64,000 nt of DNA from Squalus acanthias (lineage: Eukaryota). This document shows, one piece after another, positions 36,640-48,464 of this stretch. Where the stretch lies: NCBI GenBank assembly GCA_030390025.1, contig CM059431.1, forward strand, positions 108,130,001 through 108,194,000. The letters run 5' to 3'. Under the pieces are notes generated by a model. The model saw nothing but the letters and a program-made list of their open reading frames with translations. It made no database searches and had not been told where the DNA came from. A program made the position numbers and the translations under genes. Positions within the stretch are counted from its first letter, which is position 1. Each line of letters opens with the position of its first letter.

Positions 36640-37386
36640 TTATGATCTGAAATTGTTGAACTCTATGTTGAGTCCAGAGGGCTGTAGAGTGCCTAATCGA
36701 AAGATGAGGTGCTGTTCCTCGAGCTTACGCTGAGCTTCCGTGGAACAGTGCAAGAGGCCGAAGACGGTGAGGTCTAAGTGGGAATGGAGCGGTGAATTAA
36801 AGTGACAGGCCACCGGGAGCTCAGGGTCCCCCTTATGGACTGAACGGAGGTGTTCCGCAAAGCGGTCACCCAATCTGCGTTTGGTCTCCCCAATGTAGAG
36901 GAGACCACATCGTGAGCAGCGAATACAGTATACTAAATTGCAAGTAGTACAAGTAAATCGCTGTTTCACCTGGAAGGGGTGTTTGGGGCCCTGGACAGTG
37001 GGAAGGGGGGAAGTATAAGGGCATGTGTTGCATCTCCTGCACTTGCACGGGAAGGTGCTGGGCAAAGGGGAAGGGGTGCTGGGGGTGGTAGAGGAGTGGA
37101 CTAGGGTGTCGCGGAGGGAGCGGTCCCTACAGAATGCTGAAAGGGGAGGTGAGGGGAAGATGCGTTTGGTGGTGGGATCACGCTGGAGGTGGTGGAAATG
37201 GCGGAGGATGATCCGTTGAATGTGGAGGCTGGTGGGTTGAAAGGTGAGGACAAGGGGAACTCTATCGTGGTTCCGGGAGGGAGGGGCAGGGGTGAGGGCA
37301 GAAGTGCGGGAGATAGAACGGACACGGTCGAGGGCCGTGTCAACCACAGTAGAGGGGAATCCTCGGTTGAGGAAAAAGGAAAACAT
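36640..37386 (-). CDS. Penelope-like element C-terminal ORF: RT thumb, Cys-rich linker and GIY-YIG endonuclease (5'-truncated)
   Basis: FLNRGFP, CKCRRCNTC, FTC...NLVYCIRCSRCGLLYIGETKRRLGDRFAEHLRSV, VACHFN, LEEQHLIFRLGTLQPSGLNIEF; 248 codons without a stop. Confidence 0.9.
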   Translation of the reverse strand: MFSFFLNRGFPSTVVDTALDRVRSISRTSALTPAPPSRNHDRVPLVLTFQPTSLHIQRIILRHFHHLQRDPTTKRIFPSPPLSAFCRDRSLRDTLVHSSTTPSTPSPLPSTFPCKCRRCNTCPYTSPLPTVQGPKHPFQVKQRFTCTTCNLVYCIRCSRCGLLYIGETKRRLGDRFAEHLRSVHKGDPELPVACHFNSPLHSHLDLTVFGLLHCSTEAQRKLEEQHLIFRLGTLQPSGLNIEFNNFRS

Positions 37387-37629
37387 GTCGGAAGCACTGG
37401 TATGGAAGGTGAACAGACGCGGCGGAGACGGAGAAACTTCATCTGAGCCATCCTTTGCTCCTCAACCTGTCCCATTTCCACCTCCTCTTGCCTTGAATAT
37501 CTCTTAATGTCTCTTAATCTCTCCTGCTTTCTATCCTATCACTGACCTTCCCTTTTGTTCTTTCATCCCCTCCCCCTTTTCCCAGCCCTAAACTTGCTTT
37601 AAAATCTATTTCATTTCCTGCTTTTTTCC

Positions 37630-37666
37630 AGTTCTGACGAAAGGTCTTCGACCTGAAACGTTAACT
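37630..37666 (+). ncRNA. Minimal type-I hammerhead ribozyme motif (family 1) in the inverted pLTR
   Basis: AGTT-CTGACGA-A-AGGTC(TTC)GACCT-GAA-ACGT-T-AACT. Confidence 0.8.
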
Positions 37667-37814
37667 CTGTTTCTCTCTCCACTGTACATTTCCCTCCAGT
37701 CTGCAAAACAACCATTCACCATTACTCTCTGCTTTCTGTCCCTCAGCTAATGTTGTATCCACGCTGCCAATGCCCCTTTAATCCAATGGGTTTCAATGTT
37801 GCAAACAAGTCTAT

Positions 37815-37975
37815 TGTGCTCCTTAAAACCTACCACTTTGACCAAGCTTTTAGTCACCTGTCCCAATACCTCATGTGGCTCGGTGTCAAATTTTGTTCGA
37901 TAGCGCTCGTGCGAAGCGTCTTGGGATGTTTTACTGTGTTAAAGGCGCTATATAAATGCAAGTTGTTGTTGTTGC
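37815..37975 (+). mobile_element. L2 LINE 3' end
   Basis: ctccttaaaacctacc...gtgcgaagcgtcttgggatg...ggcgctatataaatgcaag(ttg)n. Confidence 0.8.
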
Positions 37976-38709
37976 TGCCGGCTACAGCGCAGTATGTAGC
38001 CCAGCCTATCCCAACCCCTCTTACTGAAGTCAGCTCCATAATTAGGAACAAAAGCATATCCCAAATAGATTTCACAGAATCTTATTGCATTCTGCAAGTA
38101 TTTCACTGTAAAACATTCCTTAGCATGAACCAGTGAAATGAAACCTCATCTTAGTGCCATAGCGTTAAATGGTACTTTTCCAAATGAGTGCCTTAGACTG
38201 CTGATATGTCCTGGGAAATGACTGTGTCCTTGAGCTGGATGATTTTGTAGGTATTTAACCTCCCACGTTATGGCACTGAAATGAACACTAATATTATAGT
38301 AATAAAGCTACTCCCATGTCAGGAATGGCTCTGTTACATTAATCTCAATTCTATATAACCAAAGCAAACATGCACAAACACAACTTTAAAAGATGTGTAA
38401 AACCCATGAATCCTGCTCACTCCGACATCCCTATTTCACTCCGTTCTCCCTTTTGTTTGCCGGATTATCATTTTTTTTTTACAATTATGGCCTTGAACTG
38501 TGATTCCTGAGTGTAACTCAGCACCTTCATGAACATCAACAGTAAGGACCCAGTTTAGCCTAACCTAATAAAATGTCCTTAAAATAAATTAGAAAAACTA
38601 ATCCCATCGTAATTGGACCAAACTCTGTATTTTCCAATGCATTATTTGAGGTGTATACCTATAGGAAAGACACCAAAAATATCACAAAATCAGCACTGAA
38701 TTTCATTAG

Positions 38710-38762
38710 TGTCAGCTATGGCTCAGTGGTAGCTCTCTCACCTCTCAGTCACAAGGTTGTGG
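38710..38762 (+). mobile_element. tRNA-like head of a DeuSINE-type SINE
   Basis: gtcagctatggctcagtggtagc...cacaaggttgtgg with A box TGGCTCAGTGG. Confidence 0.7.
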
Positions 38763-38819
38763 CAATCTCATATAATATGGTTACATTTACTATGTTTGAT
38801 TGCTTTGTTTTCCAAAAAA

Positions 38820-39240
38820 GAAAGACTTGCATTTATATAGCACTTTTCACAACCACCGGACGTCCTAAAGCGCTTTGCAGCCAATGAAATAATTTTTTAA
38901 AGTGCAGTCACTGTTGTAATGTAGGAAACGTGGCAGCCAATTTGCGCACAGCAAGCTCCCACAAACAGCAATGTGATAATCACCAGATAATCTGTTTTTA
39001 GTGATGTTGATTGAGGGATAAATATTGGCCAGGACACTGGGGATAACTCTCCTGCTCTTCTTCAAAATAGAGCCATGGGATCATTTACGTCGACCTGAGA
39101 GGGCAGACAGGGCCTCGGTTTAATGTCTCATCCGAAAGACTGCACCTCCGACAGTGCAGCGCTCCCTCAGCAAGGCACTGGAGTGTCAGCCTAGATTTTT
39201 GTGCTCAAGTCTCTGGAGTGGGACTTGAACCCACAACCTT
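38820..39240 (-). mobile_element. DeuSINE-type SINE body (B box, Deu domain, L2-like tail)
   Basis: Reverse complement GGTTCAAGTCC B box; gtcggaggtgcagtctttcggatgagacattaaaccgaggccc...gtgtcctggccaatatttatccctcaa; tail tgcaaagcgctttaggacgtcc. Confidence 0.88.
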
Positions 39241-39934
39241 TATTTTCCTACTGCATGTATTTTAAAGAGAAGCCCCATCCTGTATAATCATATCTATTTC
39301 TAATATCAATACATCATTTATCAGAATTAAATGCAACGTACTACTGTGTATCTGCATATCCAATTCGATAATATTCCTCTCCTTGATACATCCAGCTTTC
39401 CTATTCAACTTGGTGTCACTTACAAAGTTAAACATTCCATTCATCAAGTGAATGTGGAAACCATTAATAAATATTATACACGTTCCTATGCCTCCTGAGT
39501 AATGGAGGGCATCTCTGCTGGACAGTTGTACAATTAGAATGGTTAGCAATGATAGCTAGTAACTCCTGTTTACTATTATGAAGTCAAATAATCATAGCAT
39601 CTTATAATCAATGAAATTTTACCTTAATATTTTTGCCATGAAGTACCTTAGATCGAAATATATACTACCCATCAGCTTACTCTCATATGCTAATGATCAC
39701 ATTCTTTAAGAATTGCAATCTATTTGTTCTGTTTAATCTGCCTTTTGTAAACTGTCTTGGAGTTACTGATTTCAACTATCACAAGAGAATGCATCTGAAA
39801 ATGCTTGCTGTGATATTAGGCTGCAAACCCATAACTGTCCAATTGTATATCAAGGGAAATCCTAAAAGTGCAATTTATCCAATTTCTAAGTGCTAAATAG
39901 TTGCAACATTTATCATTTAATAAAACAAACAAAC

Positions 39935-40260
39935 ACGAACAGGAGGAGAGGCCATTCAACCCCTCCATCCTCTTCCGCCATTCAATTAGATCATGGCTGA
40001 TCTGTATGTTAATTCTATTTACCTGCCTTAGTTCTGTAACCCTTAATACCCTTAATAGCCGAACAAAAATCTATCAATTAGAGTTTTGACATTTTCAATT
40101 GACCCCCCCCAACCTCAACAGGTTTTGGGGAACAGTTCCAGATTTCCACTACCCTTTGTGTGAAGAAGTGCTTCCTGACAACACCCCTGATCGGTCTAGC
40201 TCTAATTTTAAGGTTATGCCCTTCTTGTTCTGGACTCCCCCGAGTGAAGGTGAAATAATT
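39935..40260 (-). mobile_element. Degraded CR1 3' fragment
   Basis: aggccattcaaccc...gatcatggctgatc 3' end motif and RKHFFTQRVV remnant. Confidence 0.75.
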
Positions 40261-40874
40261 TCACCAATTTATACATTTGTTCATTATAAAACTCGTCTTC
40301 TAACATGTTATAATAATTTGTTAACTTAAGTTCTTAACTCCCCGTGCTGTCTCATTCCAAATACTGATTCAGTTGGGCCACGACTGTGCTTAAGTACAGG
40401 TGACTTTGTGGCAGTTTCTGTGGGAGCGCGCAAGTGCATGTGCCCCGAGGGACATGGATGGGGAGATGAGAAACTGCTGCAAGGAAACTGGAGGTAAAAA
40501 TAAACATGCCTTGCAAAGATCACGCACCTTTACATTTAACAAATGGCTTGGGGTGTACGAGACAAAGGAACAACGGCTGTTGCACAAGAGCCTGACCAAC
40601 TTTGCACATGACACCGTGGATTTTAAGTGGGCTGTCCGGAAATGTTGAAAAGATAAACCGGAGAAAAAGCTGTTTTCCAAAAGAAAATCCCACTTTTTCC
40701 TTGTGCACTTAATCTGGAAACATTAATTGATAAGGCTATTAAGGTTTTTAGTGAATTTCAATCAGCCAGCAAGATAGAACTGAGAAAGTTTTGATAGACT
40801 AAATAAGGAGAAATTGGGAGGTATTCAAAAAAGAATTTAACATGATACAGCTACTTGAATCTACAGAGCAGACT

Positions 40875-43800
40875 AGATCATGTCAGAAAGGTGGTGAATT
40901 TCTTGAATGTGTTCAGGATTGTTATCTGCAACAATATGTCCCAGAACCAACAAGGAAGCAGGCCATATCAGATTTAAAAATGAGTAATGAGCCAGATTTA
41001 GTTAACAGCCTAACGGTGCATGAACATTTATCTAATAGCGATCATAATATGATTGACTTTAACATTGAGTTTGAAAGGGAGAAACGCAAAACAGCTACAA
41101 AGGCTGCGATTGTTTCATTGGAGGCGGGTTGGGTGCGGGTCAGGTGGTTTTCGGCATTCAGTCCCGCCCCCAACTGCATCCGGCCCACGGACGTGATTTT
41201 ACGTTGAATGACCTTGTTAAGCCCGCCCTGCAGGCTTTCCGGCCAATTAAGAGGAAGCCGGTCAGATGACATCATTTGATGACGTGTCATTTGACGGTTT
41301 TCTTAAAAGGGACCACGCACAATTTTTTTTTGACAGTTGATTTCTCAGTGTTTGACAGCATTGAGGTGCTGCAAACACTGACAGTCACTGCACAAAGGTG
41401 AGCTCTTGCATCCAGGCTCTCCAATGACTCCCTCCATAGGCTGGAATGGATGGCAGCTGCAGGTGAGGTGACAGAAGCGATCTGTCACTGGTGAGAGAGG
41501 TTCTCCCAAAGAGGTGGCACTGGACATGGATTTCAAAACTTGTTACCTAAAGAAATTTGTAAATGCATTAAAAATGAATTTCCCAACATTTTCTTACCTC
41601 TGAAACTCACCACTGCACCATTGGATCCTTCACACCACTTCTGCAGCTGTCATCAATCCACAAACATTACAGCAGACTCAGAACACACCACACTTACCTG
41701 GCGTGGTGTCTGGACATCGGGAAACCCGAGGCAGAAGCGGCAAAATTGAAAAATAGCCTGTCAACTACTATCAACTACCTGTTAACAGGCAGGTAATTGG
41801 CTTTAATCCTCTTCCCGCCGCTAGGTGTCTGGTCCATGCGCAAATCGGGGACCCGACACTTGGGAAAATTGTTTGGAGGCGGGTTGACGGCAGGATTGTA
41901 ACCCGCTGTCAATCAAAATGATTTTAACCTTGGACCCGCCTCCAAACCCGCCCTCTCAGTGCCGATAAAATCGCGGCCTAAGATTCTAGATTTAGATAAG
42001 GCTGACTTCAACGAGATGAGACAGAGACTATCCTCAGTAAACTGGGCAAATCTGTCAATGGGTAAAACAACAGAAGATCAGTGGGAGGTGTTCAAAAAAG
42101 AATTTAACATGATACCAGTTTATACCCCTAAGGGGCAAGAGCTCTACTTGTCAAAAACAACAGCCATGGACGACAAAAGAGGTGAGGGACAGCATAAAAC
42201 TAAAAGAAAGCATACAATTTTTTTTAAAAACAGATCCTGGTGACTGGGAGAGATACAAAGAAGAATAAAGGGTGGCAAAACAGATAGTAAGAGCTACAAA
42301 AAGGAGAATGAAAAGAAACTTGCAAGGGATATCAAAATCAACACAATTCTTTTTTACAATTATATTAGGAAAAAGAGGGTAGTCACGAGAAATGTAGGCC
42401 CCTTGAAAACTGATAATGGAGATTTTGTAAATGAAAATAAAGAAATGTTGAATAATTACTTTGCATCAGTATTTACAGTAGAGGAAGAGGATAGCATGCT
42501 GGACATCCCAAGGAAACTAATATTGAATCCGGGACCGTGCTCACCAAAATTAATGCAAGCAAAATAACAGTAATGAAGAAAATAATGGCACTAAAGAGTG
42601 ACAAATCCCCAGGATCAGATGGTTTGCATCCCAAGGTTTCCAAGGAAGTAGGTGAGCACATTATAGATGCCCTAACTATAATCTTCCAAAATTCCCTCGA
42701 TTCAGGAGCCGTTCCTTTAGATTGGAAAATTGCACATGTCACTCTGCTATTTAAGAAAGGTGAGAGGGGGAAACCAGGGAATTATAGACCAGTTAGCCTA
42801 ACATCTGTTGTCGGGAAATTACTGGAGTGACTGAACATCTTAAATTTTCAACTAATCAGAGAGAGCCAGCACGGATTTGTAATTGGTAGGTCATGCCTGA
42901 TGAACCTGATTGAATTTTTTGAAGAGGTGACTAAAGTAGTGGACAGGGGAATGTCTAGAGATATTATTTCTTCCAGAAGATATTCAATAAAGTCTCTCAT
43001 AAGGGATTGTTAGCTGAAGCTGAAGTTCATGGAATTGAAGGCAAGTTATTGACCTGGTTAGGAGAGTGGCTGAGACAGAGTGTAGGGATAATGGGCAGGT
43101 AACTCTACTTGGCAAGATGTGATGTGACCAGTGGTATCCCACAGGGATCTGTGTTGGGGCCTCAACTATTCACCATATAAATTAACGAATTAGATGATGG
43201 GACAGAGAGCCACATATCCAAGTTTATCGATGCTACAAAGATATATGGCTTTGTAAGCAGTGTAGATGGAAGCATAAAATTACAGCGATATTAATAGAGT
43301 AAGTGAATGGGCAAAACTGAGGCAAGTGGATTGCCATGTAGGCAATTGTGAAGTCATCCACTTTGGACCCAAAAAGACTACTTTCTAAATGGTGAAAAGC
43401 TAGAAACAGAGGAGGTCCAAAGAGACTTAGGGGTCCATGTACATGGATCATTAAAATTCATGGACAGGTACAGAAAATAATCAAAAAAGCTAATGGAATG
43501 CTGGCCTTTATATCTAGAGGACTAGAATATAAGTAGGTAGAAGTTAGGCTACAGCTATACAAAGCCCTAGTTAGACCACACCTGGAGTAGTGTTCAGTTC
43601 TGGGCACCACACCTCAAGAAGGATTTATTGGCCTTGGAGGGAGTGCAGCGTAGATTTACCAGAATGATACCTGGATTCCAAGGATTACATTATGAGGATA
43701 GATTAAGCAAACTAGGGTTGTATTCCTTGGAATTTAGAAGGTTAAGGGATAAATTGATGTAAGTTTTCAAGATATCAAGAGGAACTGATAGGTTAGCTAC

Positions 43801-44130
43801 AGAGAAACGATTTCCGCTGGTTAGGGAGTCTCGGTCTAGGGGGCATAGTCTAAAAATTAGAGCCAGGCCTTTCAGGAGTGAAATTAGGAAACACTTCTAC
43901 ACACAAAGGGTGGTAGAAGTTTGGAACTCTCTTCCGCAAACGGCAGTTGATGCTAGATCAATTGTTAATTTTAAATCTGGGATAGATAGATTTTTGTTAA
44001 CCAAAGGTATTAAGGGATATGGGCCAACGACGGGTATATGGAGTTAGGTTCCAGATCAGCCATGATCCTATTGAATGGTGGAACAGGCTAGAGGGGCTGA
44101 ATGGCCTACTCCTGTTCCTATGTTCCTACA
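40875..44130 (+). mobile_element. 5'-truncated, degraded CR1 LINE ORF2 interrupted by a Harbinger element
   Basis: [50 protein letters not shown], and a 3' end; many stops and frameshifts. Confidence 0.92.
41102..41978. mobile_element. Non-autonomous Harbinger element sharing ends with 23110-31779
   Basis: Left GGCTGCGATTGTTTCATTGGAGGCGGGTTGGGTG; right ...CAGTGCCGATAAAATCGCGGCC followed by TAA; removal restores CR1 KTATKILDLDKADF. Confidence 0.9.
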
Positions 44131-44344
44131 TGATACGGGCAGTTTGGCCAAGAGGAGAATCTGCATTTCTGAAAGAAAGGAAAGCAACTGTCACACCAAT
44201 GAAAAGTATACCTGGTCAAAACTATCCTCCATCTTCTGAGACCCCTGTTTTTTTAATGAGATAATATACTGAGAATGACGTTATGTTGTGATCGACCTGG
44301 CATCCATACAAAGGTCCCAATGAAGGGGCTGGCTGAAACAAGAT

Positions 44345-44600
44345 GGGATTGTCATAAAAACCCATCTGGTTCATTAAAGTCCTTTAGGGAATGAAATCTG
44401 CCGTCCTTACCCGGTCTGGCCTATGTGACTCCAGACCCACAGCAATGTGGTTGACTCTTAACTGACCTCTGAAATGTCCTAGCAAGCCACTCAGTTGTAC
44501 AAGACAGTGGCTCACCACCACCTTCTCAAGGGCAATTAGGGATGGGCAATAAATGCTGGCCTTGCCAGCGACGCCCACATCCAATGGACGAATAAAAATA
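44345..44600 (+). mobile_element. 5'-truncated tRNA-SINE copy with family B tail
   Basis: Homologous to 22535-22790. Confidence 0.85.
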
Positions 44601-46329
44601 ACCAATGCCTTAATGGCAGTTTATCTATTACATTTCTTGGAAATGGCTAGGCAATGTCTTGGAACATCATTACTGCTAAAATGTAGCTTGACTTTATCTC
44701 TGCTGCCATTTATTAATTTGAAAACTATGGTCTCCAAGCAATGCATTATATAAGACAGTCTGATGCAGTCCAAAGCATTGTCATTGAGAAATGATCTACA
44801 TTAGGAGGCATCCAGAAGATGAATAAATCAACCTTTATTAAAAATTGTCAAGTAGATTTATGACAGGCTTATTGCTTGCTTAGTTGACCCAGCGTATCTA
44901 TTAGCCAGGAAATGCTTTTTGAAGCTGTGCTTCTGCACCTGAGCACCTTGCTTTTACATTCATCAGATAAATCAATGTCTTCAAATCAGTTGGTGGTTCT
45001 ATGGAACTGAATTTGGAAGCCAGTGCACAATTCTCTTGCTATTTTATTATAAAGTTAAAAAATATTAAAGTTGTCAAGCTTCCTGAGTAAATGAATGGCA
45101 TATGCATGAACTCCAGTTAATGTGTCCCAGTGATTCCACAGATTACAATATGCAGTTGCTGATGCTGGGGTAGTGTATGAATAGATTCATATCTGATTCA
45201 AGCATAACAGTCCCAACGCACCAATTCTATTCACTCATTAAATAGAACGCCTGAGCCAATTATACTATTTCGATGCAAACTATTTATCAAGGTTCATCTG
45301 CACCCCTGTGATTATTGCAACATTGCTGCATGCACAATGGGAGTGAATCCTATAAAAAAGCAAAAATGGTTATGAATAATAAAAGGGCTGTTAGTCTAAC
45401 AAGCCTGTCCTTTTTTAATAGATCAATCACACCTACCTATCTTCCCGCCCTCTCTATAGAAATACCTACTAACTTATTCTACTGGCATTTAACTAAATAA
45501 GTTAACTGCATAAGTTCCACTTCAATTCTTATTCCTAACATTCTCATTTTAACTTGTCTCTTAGTATTTGAAATCCTTCACAACAAGTCAATTAATTAGC
45601 CATGGCTTTTCTCATTTATTCAGTTTTAAGATGGAAGTTTGACAACCTTAGTGCCATGATTTAATTTTAAAAATCCATATCTCAGTGTACTTTACAACTT
45701 CTGCATTTATTTACTCACCGACAAAAAAGTTTAAAAAAAATTAGCCTCTTCCTCCCAGTCACCATCTCTCCCACCATTTAATTTTTCTCGTCTCCCCCTC
45801 TGTGTTACCTTCAGCATTCGCTCTGTCTCACTCTTTTGCTTTGTAATGAGTGGTATACGCTTTCTGATAGGCGATTCTGAAGAGCGAGCACCCTCACCGA
45901 CTTTTTATCCTCCTTAGCACAAGGGTGCTGAAGTCCTTCATTCAGTAAATAAATGGAACAAGAGGGAAAACCATCAACTCCAACACAGAGACGCTATAAT
46001 AGCGAGTGAAACTGTTCTCACTACTGAAGCTTCTGAATTGTTTCAATCTTTTCCCCTGTTCTTTGCAGATTCAATCTGCTTCAGTCTGTGGTTTATTTTT
46101 TGCAGATGTGTTTTTCATCAACAATGATTACCTGGGACCAGGCAGTTAGCCTCGTTACCCCCATGGATCTGAATGACTTTTTGGCCAAACCGGTGTAGGA
46201 CAAGAGGTGTCAGTTGTTTAGAGGCAGGGTGCGAGCAAGACAGGGATGGAGTAGGGACAAGCTTGAACTGGGACGAAAGGCTAGGGCTGCAGAAGCTGGG
46301 AACAGAGCTGTGGCAGCAGATTTGTGCCA

Positions 46330-46592
46330 TAGAATTCAGAAGAAACTTCTTTACCCAAAGAGTGGTGAGAATGTGGAACTCGCTACCACAGTGAGTGGTT
46401 GAAGCGAATAGTATAGGTGCATTTATGGGGAGGCTGGAAAAACATATGAGGGAGAAGGAAATAGAGGGTTATGCTGATAGATTTAGATGAGGAAAGACGG
46501 GAGGAGGCTCGAGTGGAGCATAAATGCTGGCATGGATTGGTTGGGCCGAATAGCCTGTTTCTGTGCCGTATATCCCATGTAATCCTATGTAA
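46330..46592 (+). mobile_element. CR1 LINE 3' fragment
   Basis: EFRRNFFTQRVVRMWNSLPQ; close to 14705-14980. Confidence 0.9.
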
Positions 46593-46739
46593 GAGATGAC
46601 CAGAGCTAGCTGGGGAGTCAGGAGGGATAGAGCCATGAGCATGATACTATACCTGTGTAGGTGTGCTGCAAGTCAAACCTTAGGGTGTTGTGCCAAACCC
46701 TAGAATACAGAGCTGCAGAGAGGTTTTGTTTTTTTAAAT

Positions 46740-47230
46740 ACATTTTTGGGATATGGGTGTTGCTAGCAAGGCCAGCAATTATTGCCCATCCCTTGAGAAG
46801 GTGGTGGTGATCCGCCTCCGTGAATCGTTGTAGCCCATGTGGGGAAAATGCTTCCACAGTGCTGTTAGGTAGGGAGTTCCAGGATTTTGACCCAGTGACG
46901 ATGAAGGAATGGTGATACATAGCCAAGTCAGGATTTAGAGGGGAACTCGGAAGTGAGGGTGTTGCCATGCATGTGCTACCCATGGCCATCAAGGAGGTTG
47001 TGGATTTGGGAGGTACTTTTGAAGAAGCTTTGCTGAGCTGCTGCATCCTGTGGATAGTACACACTGCAGCCACGGTGTGCCAGTGGTGGAGGAAATGAAT
47101 GTTTAGGGTGGTGAATGGGGTGCCAATCAAGTGGACTGCTTTGTCCTGGATAGTGCCCAGCTTCTTGAGTATTGTTGCAGCTGCATTCATCCAGGCAAGT
47201 AGAGAGTACTCCATCACACTCCTGACAGGT
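46740..47230 (-). mobile_element. LINE family B 3' fragment
   Basis: VRSVMEYSLLAWMNAA...IQDKAVHLIG...SKSWNSLPNSTV. Confidence 0.88.
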
Positions 47231-47748
47231 ATGGTAATCTCTGTTTGTAGGGGAAGCTGTATCTGGCTTGAGACTGTTGGTTTTGTGGAATGGGAGGGGG
47301 AGGTGCTCGAGATACAATGGGGAGGCTTGTTATTTTTTTTGTTGATTATTGAATATTTTTTATTGGTTATGTGATAAAGCATATTTTAGGCAAATTTGTG
47401 GGGTGCGTGAGGAGCTGACGTGTTGGCCACGTGTCACAGAAAATGTTCTTGCTAAAAATGTACTTGATCGTTTATGACTGAACTAATCAGAAGTTGGGGT
47501 CTCGTTGGTCTCTGGTGAAATGGCTCGGAGATCTGATTGATTGAACAGGCAGCGATTTCTAGTTCCGAGATAAGATCGAGGCAAGCAACGCCATGACACC
47601 GTAACACTGCAAGTATCATTAAGATGCGACATTCACACAGATGCAATTGCTCCTGAAGCGCAGTCTCACTCAGCGTGAGCTTGAATTGGAGGATAGGGTG
47701 TGGGTGTCAGCATGCCTAATTCGCGATGCCCTCTGTTTTCCCATTATT

Positions 47749-48464
47749 GGGCCAGAATTTGCTGCCAAACTAACTGTGAGGCTAATGGGGCTCGCCAATG
47801 TTCATAAGCAAATGGTAAAGAAACTTCAAGTGAGGAACAGTTGCGCGGAACAGTTAAACGCGGATATCCAAAAATTGCTCTCCGGCGTTCGCATCTGGCT
47901 GTCTGCCTTACCATTGAACGTCGTGAAGTTGCTGTATTTGCGCGATAAATATGAACTAAACTCGCCGCAGAAAGTTAAGTCTTATTATTTCAAGTCTAAG
48001 TACCCTTTTAACGATGTGCTAAGTGTTAATTACTGCCAATCAACCTCTCTAGCACTGAATATTAATGAATACAAGTGTGGAGTCTCATTTCTTCAAGTTT
48101 TAATTGTTGTTGGAGATATTAAACATGTTAAATTTTAATTATTTTTTAAACTTTTGCTTTGTCTCTTTCTTAATCTCTCCATTTCTCTTTCTCTCCCTGA
48201 TTTGACATTGAATGCACCCACTGTAATCTACACTTCCTTCTCGGTCCTAGTGCTGTTAATTTCACAATTCTTCAATCTGATTGGTGAAGGAGATACACAG
48301 TTGCTTGCCCTGTTCACTCCGGTCCCAGATGCCCGGTTTCCCTCACTGCGCCGTTATCAGCTCGCACTCTCAGCCACTTGCAATTTGAAAAACCTAACCG
48401 GGCAAGGGCAAGTTTAACTAATGGCAAATGCCATTGGATGCCCTGCTGCAGCAACATTTGGGCC
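47749..48464. mobile_element. Harbinger-type MITE
   Basis: TIR GGGCCAGAATTTGCTGC versus reverse complement GGCCCAAATGTTGCTGC; ATT duplicated at 47746-47748 and 48465-48467. Confidence 0.75.

Larger units (their letters stand above)
36187..37678 (-). mobile_element. 5'-truncated Penelope-like retroelement with inverted pLTR
   Basis: GIY-YIG ORF; 37438-37682 is the reverse complement of about 36270-36523; CCACTGTACATTTCC duplicated at 36172-36186 and 37679-37693. Confidence 0.93.
33698..37812 (-). mobile_element. CR1 LINE fragment split by nested insertions (pieces 33698-34575, 36053-36186, 37679-37812)
   Basis: (catagaat)n tail at left; [13 protein letters not shown] region at 36065-36090; RT sequence continuous across both insertions. 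Confidence 0.88.

Noticed and set aside
44310..44350. Possible sixth hammerhead (ccaatgaaggggctggctgaaacaag)
   Set aside because: Lacks the CUGANGA core and a convincing stem II or palindromic stem III
46618..47382. 254-aa ORF as a host gene
   Set aside because: The core is LINE family B RT C-terminus with chance read-through into flanks
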